DNA of 64,000 bases from an uncultured Prevotellaceae bacterium (lineage in GTDB: Bacteria > Bacteroidota > Bacteroidia > Bacteroidales > Bacteroidaceae): the NCBI GenBank assembly GCA_902764705.1, contig CACWWZ010000001.1, positions 48,859-112,858 of the forward strand, written 5' to 3'. The notes beneath the pieces are model-generated. The model did not search any database. It saw only the letters and a program-made list of their open reading frames with translations, and had not been told where the DNA came from. This document shows positions 49,638 through 60,158 of this stretch, piece after piece (within the stretch, counting starts at the first letter, position 1; the number at the start of each line of letters is the position of its first letter). The translations under genes were made by a program, and so were the position numbers.

Positions 49638-49643
49638 GGCCTA

Positions 49644-51323
49644 TCAATACTTAAAGGAACTGCCTCCTACGAACTCTCGCATGATGCTCGTGGGAGGTAT
49701 TTCTTTGTCGCTGACGGGCAGGAAGAAACGGATGAATTTTAGCAGGCGGTGGGCCTCACCATATTCAGGACAGTTCTTGGGAACCTGTGAGAGAATGAGT
49801 TCTGCATGGGTGCGCAGAACAGCAAACTCGATGTTGAGTGCCGAGTTGAACATAACATCGGCCGTCTCCTGGAACGGGAATATCCACTGTTCTTCGGCAT
49901 CAAGTACGTTCTTCCATTGGGCTATGGTCTGTTGGGCCGTGAAGGCACCTTTGTTGTAGTCGCGGATGATGCGACGCAACAGACGGTTGTCGCGAACAGG
50001 AATCCAGTTGTGATCGTCGAGCGAAATGCTAGTTAGAGCCGAGATGTAAATCTTGTACTTAAGATTGTCGGAAATCTTCTTCGTCAACAAAGGATTCAAG
50101 GCGTGGATACCCTCGATAATTAGTACTGTGTCGCCGGCCAGTTTTAGTTTCTTGCCGTTCCACTCGCGTTTTCCAGTCACGAAATTATACTCTGGTATCT
50201 CGACACGTTCGCCCTGCATGAGGCGCTGAAGGTGTTCTTCAAGCAATGAATACTCAACAGTCTCAATATTGTCGAAATCGTAGTCACCATTAGGAAGTTT
50301 TGGCGTATCTGCGCGGTTAACGAAATAATCGTCAGTAGAGAACGACAGGGGGCGAAGTCCGCAAGCCAGTAACTGAACACTCAGACGCTTGCAGAAGGTC
50401 GTCTTTCCTGAACTCGACGGGCCAGTGATGAGTACCATGCGTACGGGGTCCTTTTCGCGATGGAAGCGACGGTCGATCTCCTCGGCAATCTGTACAATTT
50501 TCTTTTCTTGCAAAGCCTCGCTGACCTGGATGAGCTCTGAAGCATAGCCACGCTGGACGGCACGATTGACGTCGCCAGCATTCGACAGGCGCATGATGAT
50601 GTCCCAATGGGTTTTCTCGGCAAACATCTCGTAGGTTTTTGGCTGGTCTACTTTCTCAGCAAGCTGCAGGGGATTGTTCCAGTCGGGCACGCGAAGCAAT
50701 AGTCCCTGTTCGTATCGCTCCAGTCCCCACACCTTCAGATAGCCTGCACTGGGCACCAATGGACCGTAATAGTAGTCGACGGTATCGCCCAGCGTGTAGT
50801 AGTCGCTGTAAATCTGACCGCTGGTCTCCAATAGTTTTACCTTGTCGGTAAAACCACGTTCTGTGAATACGCGGATGGCCTCTTCGTTGGTGGCCTCCGT
50901 ACGCCGGAACGGCATGTCGAGGTCGATAATCTCCTTCATACGCTGGCGAATCTGATCCACATCGGAGTCGGTGAGCGGTTCGAGGCCTTTCTTCTTAAAA
51001 TTGCAATAGTAACCTCGACACAGCGAGTGCTCGATGAATAGCTTTGAACCAGGAAATATGTCCTGTGTGGCTTTGTAGAGCACGAAACTCAGTGAGCGGA
51101 CATAGACACGGTGGCCAGAGCCGGCACGGGCATCGAGAAATTCGACGTCGCGGTTCTGATAGAGTCGGAACTTGAGACCCTGCGACACGTTGTTGACCTT
51201 GGCGCTGATGACAGGGAAAGGCAACTGAATCTCGTTTTGAAACTCTTGGTAAACGTCCATGAGTGAGCAACCCTCAGGAAAACTCTTGGTCACATTGTTG
51301 TTTTTACAGCGTATTTGTAGCAT
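49644..51323 (-). CDS. Uridine/nucleoside kinase with a ThrRS-like N-terminal region
   Basis: TGS/ThrRS-N-like start, Walker A GPSSSGKTT, IIEGIHALN; ATG at 51323. Confidence 0.88.
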   Translation of the reverse strand: MLQIRCKNNNVTKSFPEGCSLMDVYQEFQNEIQLPFPVISAKVNNVSQGLKFRLYQNRDVEFLDARAGSGHRVYVRSLSFVLYKATQDIFPGSKLFIEHSLCRGYYCNFKKKGLEPLTDSDVDQIRQRMKEIIDLDMPFRRTEATNEEAIRVFTERGFTDKVKLLETSGQIYSDYYTLGDTVDYYYGPLVPSAGYLKVWGLERYEQGLLLRVPDWNNPLQLAEKVDQPKTYEMFAEKTHWDIIMRLSNAGDVNRAVQRGYASELIQVSEALQEKKIVQIAEEIDRRFHREKDPVRMVLITGPSSSGKTTFCKRLSVQLLACGLRPLSFSTDDYFVNRADTPKLPNGDYDFDNIETVEYSLLEEHLQRLMQGERVEIPEYNFVTGKREWNGKKLKLAGDTVLIIEGIHALNPLLTKKISDNLKYKIYISALTSISLDDHNWIPVRDNRLLRRIIRDYNKGAFTAQQTIAQWKNVLDAEEQWIFPFQETADVMFNSALNIEFAVLRTHAELILSQVPKNCPEYGEAHRLLKFIRFFLPVSDKEIPPTSIMREFVGGSSFKY

Positions 51324-51502
51324 ATCGATAGAATTTATTCGCAAAGTTACAAAATATTCTTCAAATGACCATTGTTCAATAGGATATTTTTTCTCGCGCG
51401 TACATTTTTATATATAAAATACTCCCAGTTTGAAGGTTTGCAACCGAGTTGCAGAATAATTTCCATACCTTTGCAACGTGAAACAAAAAAGAAAGAAAAA
51501 AA

Positions 51503-53437
51503 ATGGCACATGAACATCATCATCACGAATGTAGCACCTGCGAACACCATCATGTACATCATCACGAAGAAGAGCATCACGGATTGCTGACATCCATACT
51601 GGTGGCTGCGGCACTGTTGGGCATTGCTGTCTTCGTAGAACATACCTTTGTGTTGCCGATGTGGCAACTGCTGTTGATTTACTTGGTACCTTACTTGATT
51701 GTGGGCTGGGGGACACTGAAAGAAGCCATTGAAGGACTGATGGAGGGAGAGGCCTTCAACGAACATTTTCTGATGGCGATAGCTACGCTTGGAGCCCTCG
51801 GAATCGGTTTTCTGTCTGGTGCAGAGCACGAATTCCCAGAGGCCGTCTTTGTCATGCTGTTCTTTCAGGTGGGTGAACTCTTCGAGGGTTATGCCGAGGG
51901 CAAGAGCCGCGAGAGTATCTCGCATCTGATGGATATTCGTCCCGACATTGCCCACGTCGTGGGTGAGAATGCCGAACTGACTGATGCCCGTCCTGAGGAA
52001 GTGAAAGTGGGAGAGACCATCTTAATTCGTGTGGGCGAAAAGATTCCTTTGGACGGTGTCGTCGTTGAGGGTAACAGTGAGTTGAATACCATCGCCCTGA
52101 CGGGTGAGACAATGCCTCGTGCGGTGGCGACAGGCGACGAGGTGGTGTCGGGCTGTGTCAATCTGTCGGGTGTGCTGCGTGTGCGAACCACAAAGAGTTT
52201 CGGCGAGAGTACCGTTTCGAAAATCATCCGTTTGGTCGAGGATGCTGGCGAACATAAGTCGCAGAGCGAAAGCTTCATTTCCAAATTTGCCCGCATCTAT
52301 ACGCCCATCGTGGTGGTGGCAGCCTTGTTGCTGGCGGTAGTTCCCGTCTGTTTTGGCGGTAACTTTGCCACATGGCTCTACCGTGCACTGATGTTTCTGG
52401 TGGTGTCGTGTCCCTGTGCACTGGTGTTGAGCGTGCCGCTGACCTTCTTTGGAGGTATAGGCGGTGCTTCGCGACGGGGTATCCTCATCAAAGGAGCCAA
52501 CTATATGGACGTGTTGTCGAAAATCGATACTGTAGTATTCGACAAAACGGGTACGTTGACGCACGGAATGTTTGCCGTAGAGGCTGTGCATCCGGAACGT
52601 TTCGACGAGCATCAGCTGTTGCATCTTGCTGCCCATGTGGAACACTATACCACCCATCCCATTGGTGCTGCCCTGCGCGACGCTTTCCCTGATGAGGCGA
52701 CGGACGGTTGTCAGGTGACAGACGTACAGGAGATTGCAGGCCAGGGCATTACAGCCAAGGTGGGTGAATTGACAGTCAGTGTGGGAAATACGAAACTGAT
52801 GGATGCCATTGGAGCCCAGTGGCACGATTGTAGTCACGCAGGAACCATCATCCACGTGGCCATTGACGGACAATATGCAGGACATATCGTCATCAGCGAC
52901 AAGGTGAAGGAGGACAGCACGGAGGCTATCGCACAACTGAAGGCGCTGGGTGTCAGTCGGACCGTGATGCTGACAGGTGACCGCCGAGAAGTGGGCGCAC
53001 ACGTCGCTGAGCAGTTGGGCATTGATGAATGGTATACTGAACTGTTGCCTGGCGACAAAGTGGAACACGTGGAGAAATATTTGAATGGTTCAGAGGAACA
53101 TCGTGTTGCCTTTGTGGGTGATGGCATCAATGATGCCCCAGTGTTGGCACGTGCCGACGTGGGTATCGCTATGGGAGGTTTGGGAAGTGACGCTGCCATT
53201 GAAGCTGCTGACGTCGTGCTGATGGATGACCATCCCTCGAAGGTCGCAATGGCTATGCGGGTGGCCAGACGAACATTGGCAATAGCCCGTCAGAATGTGT
53301 GGTTCGCCATTGGAGTCAAGTTGGCAGTTCTCGTGTTGGCTGCATTGGGACTGGCCACGATGTGGTTTGCCGTCTTTGCCGACGTCGGTGTAACGGTGTT
53401 GGCTGTGCTGAACGCCATGCGGGCTTTGAAATGTTAA
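51503..53437 (+). CDS. cadA: P1B heavy-metal (Zn/Cd/Co) translocating ATPase
   Basis: His-rich N-terminus, [22 protein letters not shown]. Confidence 0.93.
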   Translation: MAHEHHHHECSTCEHHHVHHHEEEHHGLLTSILVAAALLGIAVFVEHTFVLPMWQLLLIYLVPYLIVGWGTLKEAIEGLMEGEAFNEHFLMAIATLGALGIGFLSGAEHEFPEAVFVMLFFQVGELFEGYAEGKSRESISHLMDIRPDIAHVVGENAELTDARPEEVKVGETILIRVGEKIPLDGVVVEGNSELNTIALTGETMPRAVATGDEVVSGCVNLSGVLRVRTTKSFGESTVSKIIRLVEDAGEHKSQSESFISKFARIYTPIVVVAALLLAVVPVCFGGNFATWLYRALMFLVVSCPCALVLSVPLTFFGGIGGASRRGILIKGANYMDVLSKIDTVVFDKTGTLTHGMFAVEAVHPERFDEHQLLHLAAHVEHYTTHPIGAALRDAFPDEATDGCQVTDVQEIAGQGITAKVGELTVSVGNTKLMDAIGAQWHDCSHAGTIIHVAIDGQYAGHIVISDKVKEDSTEAIAQLKALGVSRTVMLTGDRREVGAHVAEQLGIDEWYTELLPGDKVEHVEKYLNGSEEHRVAFVGDGINDAPVLARADVGIAMGGLGSDAAIEAADVVLMDDHPSKVAMAMRVARRTLAIARQNVWFAIGVKLAVLVLAALGLATMWFAVFADVGVTVLAVLNAMRALKC

Positions 53438-53513
53438 AAAAGTCTTTCCGTTATTGTATGTATCGGGAAAAAGTGTTACCTTTGCAGACAATTACAAACA
53501 AATACAAGATAAA

Positions 53514-54425
53514 ATGAAACCGACATTATTTCTTTTGGCTGCAGGTATGGGAAGCCGTTACGGTGGTTTGAAGCAGCTCGATGGACTAGGACCTAATGGT
53601 GAGACCATTATGGACTATAGTATTTATGACGCCATTCAGGCTGGCTTCGGCAAGATCGTATGGGTTATTCGTAAGGATTTTGAGGAACAATTCCGCACAC
53701 AGATTCTGTCAAAGTATGAGGGCAAAGTGAAGTGTGAGCTATGTTTCCAGGCACTCGATGCACTGCCTGAGGGCTTCACCGTTCCAGAAGGTCGTCAGAA
53801 ACCTTGGGGTACGAACCACGCCGTATTGATGGGTAAGGACATCATCAAGGAGCCGTTCTGTGTCATCAATTGCGACGATTTCTATGGTCGTGACTGCTTC
53901 ATGCAGATTGGCAAATTCCTGAGCAATCTGCCCGAGGGTGCCAAGAACCAATATGCTATGGTGGGATTCCGTGTATGCAACACGCTGAGCGAGAATGGTT
54001 CGGTGGCTCGTGGTGTATGTGCTTACGACAACAATCGTCACCTGACGGATGTAGTAGAGCGTACGGAGATCCTGCGTATGGACGGTGTCATCAAGTATAA
54101 GGACGATCAGGGCGAGTGGCAGGCTTTGGACGAGAACGCTCCCGTATCGATGAATGTATGGGGCTTTACTCCCGACTATTTTGAATACAGTGAGGAATAT
54201 TTCAAGGAGTTCCTCAGTGACCCGAAGAATATGGAGAATCTGAAGGCCGAATTCTTTATCCCTCTGATGGTCAATAAGTTGATTAACGACGGAACGGCGA
54301 CCTGTGAGGTGCTCGATACAACCAGCAAGTGGTTTGGTGTGACTTACGCAGCAGACCGGGAAGCTACTGTAGAGCGCATTCAGAAGTTGGTTGACGAGGG
54401 CGTCTATCCCAACAAATTGTTCTAA
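53514..54425 (+). CDS. Sugar-phosphate nucleotidyltransferase
   Basis: LAAGMGSRYGGLKQ, KPWGT.HA, INCDDFYG. Confidence 0.88.
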   Translation: MKPTLFLLAAGMGSRYGGLKQLDGLGPNGETIMDYSIYDAIQAGFGKIVWVIRKDFEEQFRTQILSKYEGKVKCELCFQALDALPEGFTVPEGRQKPWGTNHAVLMGKDIIKEPFCVINCDDFYGRDCFMQIGKFLSNLPEGAKNQYAMVGFRVCNTLSENGSVARGVCAYDNNRHLTDVVERTEILRMDGVIKYKDDQGEWQALDENAPVSMNVWGFTPDYFEYSEEYFKEFLSDPKNMENLKAEFFIPLMVNKLINDGTATCEVLDTTSKWFGVTYAADREATVERIQKLVDEGVYPNKLF

Positions 54426-54429
54426 ACAG

Positions 54430-55464
54430 ATGTTGAATCCGATTATGACAGAAGGGGAGTGCAGCACACTGCGCTCCCTCATTGCTGACGCTGAGACCGT
54501 CGTGCTCTGCTGCCATCAAAATCCTGACGGCGACGCTATGGGCGCCATGTTAGGGTGGGGGGCCGTTTTGCAGCAGATGGGTAGGGAACCGTTGATGGTA
54601 GTGCCCGACCAGTATCCCGACTATTTGCAGTGGTTGCCCAATACCGAGAAAGTGGTGCGCTACGACAAGCGTAAGGATTTTGTTGATACTGTGCTTAAGA
54701 TTGCCGACCTCGTGTTCTGTCTGGACTTCAACAGTCTCTCGCGTACGGACGAGATGGAGGATGCTCTCAAGGGTACTCCAGCCAAGAAGGTGCTCATTGA
54801 TCATCATCCCCAGCCGGATGTGGATGCAACGCTTTCTGTTTCACACCCAGAGGCGTCGTCAACATGTGAACTGGTGTTCCGGATTGTATGGCAACTAGGA
54901 CTGTTCGAAGAGCTTGGTAAGCATTTCGCTGTGCCTGTCTATTGTGGTATGATGACGGATACGGGGGGCTTCACCTTTAACTCCAACGACCCTGACGTGT
55001 TCTTTATCATCAGCCAATTACTGACTAAGCACATCAATAAGGATAAGATTTATAGGAATGTGTATCACAACTACTCTGAGCACCGTTTGCGCATGGTGGG
55101 ATTCGTGCTGTGCAACCGTCTGGTGGTCGATGAGAAGCGCCATGCAGCCTATTATACACTGACACGTGATGATTTGAAACAGTTCCATTTCGTGAAAGGT
55201 GATGCTGAAGGACTAGTCAATATGCCGCTCCAGATTAAGGGACTCAAACTCAGTATTTCACTGCGCGAAGATACAGAACGTGATAATTTGGTGTGGGTCA
55301 GCCTGCGCTCTGTAGACACATTCCCCTGTAACAAGATGGCCGAGCAGTTTTTTTATGGTGGAGGACACCTGAATGCCTCAGGCGGACGTGTCTATGGAAA
55401 CATCGACGATGCTGTCAAGGTGGTAAAAGAGGCTCTCCAGACTTTTGAAGAGGAGTTAAAGTAG
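54430..55464 (+). CDS. DHH/DHHA1 phosphoesterase (NrnA-like)
   Basis: HQNPDGDA, IDHH, TDTG, GGGHLNASG. Confidence 0.92.
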   Translation: MLNPIMTEGECSTLRSLIADAETVVLCCHQNPDGDAMGAMLGWGAVLQQMGREPLMVVPDQYPDYLQWLPNTEKVVRYDKRKDFVDTVLKIADLVFCLDFNSLSRTDEMEDALKGTPAKKVLIDHHPQPDVDATLSVSHPEASSTCELVFRIVWQLGLFEELGKHFAVPVYCGMMTDTGGFTFNSNDPDVFFIISQLLTKHINKDKIYRNVYHNYSEHRLRMVGFVLCNRLVVDEKRHAAYYTLTRDDLKQFHFVKGDAEGLVNMPLQIKGLKLSISLREDTERDNLVWVSLRSVDTFPCNKMAEQFFYGGGHLNASGGRVYGNIDDAVKVVKEALQTFEEELK

Positions 55465-55530
55465 TCTAATTATCAGTGTTTTTCAATTTTTATTCGTACC
55501 TTTGTGCCCGAATTTAGCAAAACGACAGAA

Positions 55531-56205
55531 ATGAAGAGACTCATTTATTCCATTTTGATGCTACTCTGCGCCGTGTCTTACATGAGCTGCGACGATTATG
55601 AAACCTATGGTGACAAGAAGGCGAAAGAGCGTGATGCCATCAATAGATTCATTTCAAAGAATAATATTCAGGTTATTGACGAAAACCAGTTCGAGGCTCA
55701 GGGATATACCACTGATACTGCTCAGAACCAGTACGTCCTCATGTCTCGCACAGGCGTCTATATGCAGATTGTTCGCAAGGGATGTGGCGATAAGCTTGAG
55801 GAAAACAAGTCTGTCGGCATCATTTGTCGTTTTACGGAGTATAACATCCTTGAAGACTCTGTTTTATTGTCGAACCTTTTGCCGGCATTCTACATATATA
55901 ATAATTCGACGGGTCAGACTATCGATGCTTCGCAGTATTACGAAAAGATGACGGTGTCGCGTACAGGTACTACTATTACTGCGTCCTTCGTATCTGGTCT
56001 TATGAAACTTTACCACAGCTCATCGTCTAGTGTTCCTGGAGGCTGGCTCATACCTTTGAACTACATCAATATCGGACGTCCGGAATCGGAGAACGACGAG
56101 ATTGCCAGGGTGAATCTTATCGTACCCCATTCACAAGGTACGGCTGATGCTTCATCGAGTGTGTATCCCTGTCATTACGAAATTACATACGTTAGAACGA
56201 AATAA
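55531..56205 (+). CDS. DUF4827-like lipoprotein with an FKBP-type fold
   Basis: YMSC-DD lipobox; GVYMQIV..G.G, VPGGWLIPL, VNLIVPHSQG. Confidence 0.75.
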   Translation: MKRLIYSILMLLCAVSYMSCDDYETYGDKKAKERDAINRFISKNNIQVIDENQFEAQGYTTDTAQNQYVLMSRTGVYMQIVRKGCGDKLEENKSVGIICRFTEYNILEDSVLLSNLLPAFYIYNNSTGQTIDASQYYEKMTVSRTGTTITASFVSGLMKLYHSSSSSVPGGWLIPLNYINIGRPESENDEIARVNLIVPHSQGTADASSSVYPCHYEITYVRTK

Positions 56206-56243
56206 CGTTCCTTCAATACTTAACTCTAATTTTATTTGATAAT

Positions 56244-57623
56244 ATGACACTGATAAAATCTATATCAGGCATCCGCGGAACTATTGGCGGACGCACTGGC
56301 GATACCCTGAATCCTTTAGATATCGTCAAGTTTACAACGGCGTATGCCATGTTCATCCCTCGCAAGACGGGAAAGATTGTCGTAGGACGCGATGGTCGAA
56401 TCTCTGGCCCGATGGTGCGCGACGTAGTTTGTGGCACTTTGGTTGGTATGGGCTTCGACGTTATTGACATCGGTTATGCTACCACGCCTACTACGGAGTT
56501 GGCTGTCCGTATGAGCGGGGCTGATGGTGGTATCATCATCACGGCTTCACATAATCCGCGTCAGTGGAACGCCCTGAAGTTACTGAATAGCGAGGGTGAA
56601 TTCCTGACTGCTGCCGATGGACAGAAAGTTCTGGAATTGGCCGAGAAGGAAGACTTCTGCTATGCTGAGGTCGACAAACTGGGTCATGTGATTATCGATG
56701 ATTCTTTTGACGAGCGTCACATTCAGTCTGTCCTTGACCTGAAGTTGGTTGATGCAGAGGTGGTTCGCAAGGCTCACTTCACGGTATGTGTCGACAGCAT
56801 CAACAGTGTTGGTGGCATCATCCTTCCCAAACTGCTGGAGCGACTGGGTGTCGGTTATAAGTTCCTCAATGAGCAGGTGACAGGTGACTTTGCCCATAAT
56901 CCTGAACCTCTGGAGAAAAACCTGCAGGGAATTATGGACGAGATGCGCACGGGAAAGTACAATTTGGGTATTGTTGTCGATCCTGACGTCGATCGTCTGG
57001 CATTCATCTGTGAGGATGGTCGTATGTTTGGCGAGGAATATACGCTGGTCAGCGTAGCCGACTATGTGCTTTCAGAGACACCAGGCAATACTGTCAGCAA
57101 CCTCAGTTCTACGCGTGCTTTGCGTGACGTTACTGAGAAACGTGGCGGCAAGTACACCGCAGCAGCTGTCGGTGAAGTGAATGTTACCACTAAAATGAAA
57201 GAGGTGAATGCTGTCATCGGTGGTGAAGGAAACGGTGGTGTCATCTATCCTGAGAGTCACTATGGCCGTGATGCCCTCGTAGGCATTGCCCTCTTCCTGA
57301 CTTCTTTGGCCAAGAAGGAATGCAAGGTTAGCGAATTGCGCAAGAAATTCCCTGACTACCAAATTGCTAAGAACCGTATCGACCTTACCCCTGATACTGA
57401 TGTTGACGCCATCTTGGTGAAGGTTAAGGAGATGTATGCCAACGATCCTACGGCACAGGTGAACGATATTGACGGTGTCAAGATTGACTTCCCTGACCGC
57501 TGGGTTCATTTGCGTAAGTCAAATACAGAGCCTATCATTCGTGTTTACAGCGAAGCTGCTACAATGGAAGCCGCTGACGAGATTGGCAAGAAACTGATGC
57601 AGGTGGTATATGATATGCAGTAG
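56244..57623 (+). CDS. glmM: Phosphoglucosamine mutase / phosphohexomutase
   Basis: SGIRG, TASHNP, DPDVDR, GEGNGG, RKSNTEP. Confidence 0.9.
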   Translation: MTLIKSISGIRGTIGGRTGDTLNPLDIVKFTTAYAMFIPRKTGKIVVGRDGRISGPMVRDVVCGTLVGMGFDVIDIGYATTPTTELAVRMSGADGGIIITASHNPRQWNALKLLNSEGEFLTAADGQKVLELAEKEDFCYAEVDKLGHVIIDDSFDERHIQSVLDLKLVDAEVVRKAHFTVCVDSINSVGGIILPKLLERLGVGYKFLNEQVTGDFAHNPEPLEKNLQGIMDEMRTGKYNLGIVVDPDVDRLAFICEDGRMFGEEYTLVSVADYVLSETPGNTVSNLSSTRALRDVTEKRGGKYTAAAVGEVNVTTKMKEVNAVIGGEGNGGVIYPESHYGRDALVGIALFLTSLAKKECKVSELRKKFPDYQIAKNRIDLTPDTDVDAILVKVKEMYANDPTAQVNDIDGVKIDFPDRWVHLRKSNTEPIIRVYSEAATMEAADEIGKKLMQVVYDMQ

Positions 57624-57660
57624 TAAGTTTTAGGTTTTTAGTATTATACACATTTATCTG

Positions 57661-57692
57661 GGCAGGCATTTGATAAAATGCCTGCCTTTTTT
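57661..57692 (+). terminator. Intrinsic terminator after glmM
   Basis: GGCAGGCATTT-gata-AAATGCCTGCC-TTTTTT. Confidence 0.85.
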
Positions 57693-57734
57693 CTGCCAAT
57701 GTGGCAGACTGACACGATTGGCACGGTTTTGGCT
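57693..57734 (+). promoter_or_regulatory. Palindrome plus sigma54-like -24/-12 element upstream of groES
   Basis: CTGCCA-atg-TGGCAG, then TGACA-cgat-TGGCACG-gttt-TGGCT (consensus TGGCACG-N4-TTGCW, one mismatch). Confidence 0.5.
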
Positions 57735-57783
57735 ACGTAGAGGGCAGACGTAAAATCAAACAATTAATAAAATATTAAGTATT

Positions 57784-58056
57784 ATGAACATTAAACCATT
57801 AGGAGACCGCGTGCTGGTAGTGCCCGCACCGGCAGAAGAAAAGATTGGTGGTATTATTATTCCTGATACCGCAAAAGAGAAACCCCTTCATGGAACTATT
57901 AAAGCCGTTGGTCAGGGTACCAAGGACGAAGAGATGGTGCTGAAGGCTGGCGATGAAGTGTTGTATGGCAAGTACAGTGGCACAGAGCTGGAATTTGAGG
58001 GTGAGAAGTTTCTGATGATGCGTCAGAGCGACGTTTTGGCAGTGATTGAAAAATAA
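57784..58056 (+). CDS. groES: Co-chaperonin GroES
   Basis: [33 protein letters not shown]. Confidence 0.98.
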   Translation: MNIKPLGDRVLVVPAPAEEKIGGIIIPDTAKEKPLHGTIKAVGQGTKDEEMVLKAGDEVLYGKYSGTELEFEGEKFLMMRQSDVLAVIEK

Positions 58057-58092
58057 TTGACGTAATAACGTGATAACGGTATAACGTAATAA

Positions 58093-59742
<1,650 letters not shown>

Positions 59743-59770
59743 TGCCGGTTTAAGCATATCATTCATATAG

Positions 59771-59809
59771 GGTAGCAGGATTCCACGGACTCCTGCTACC
59801 TATCTTTTT
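59771..59809 (+). terminator. Intrinsic terminator after groEL
   Basis: GGTAGCAGGA-10nt-TCCTGCTACC-TATCTTTTT. Confidence 0.8.
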
Positions 59810-59974
59810 GGTATTACTCTCTTGACCTTTTATGATACTTTTTTGTAATCTCAGGTTGGCAAAATACAGGGAGAAAATCAAAAATGCGGGCAGAAGAATT
59901 GATATAAATCAAGAAAGATGTCGATTTTCCCTAAAAAGCTTGCAGTGTATGGGAAAAGTTTCTAACTTTGCACC

Positions 59975-60113
59975 GTGAAAAGGTTAAAACCCTCGGTAAT
60001 ATCGTATTAGAATTCGACAAGAAAGAGATATTTTTTTGATTTGTTTTAGTAGATTAGTTTTTAAGTAGTTTGTTTTGAAATTCGATTGTCGTGATGACAG
60101 TCGGATTTTTTTT
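59975..60113 (+). ncRNA. Candidate U-rich small RNA (orphan promoter-terminator unit)
   Basis: TTG (59940) -20nt- TAACTTTG (59963); terminator AAATTCGATTGTC-gtgat-GACAGTCGGATTT plus T-run; the next gene has its own promoter. Confidence 0.55.
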
Positions 60114-60158
60114 GTGTTATTTTTGGCTTTTTGCTCACTTATTCGTAACTTTGCTGCC

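Noticed and set aside
57624-57783. CIRCE element upstream of groES
   Set aside because: TTAGCACTC-N9-GAGTGCTAA is not present
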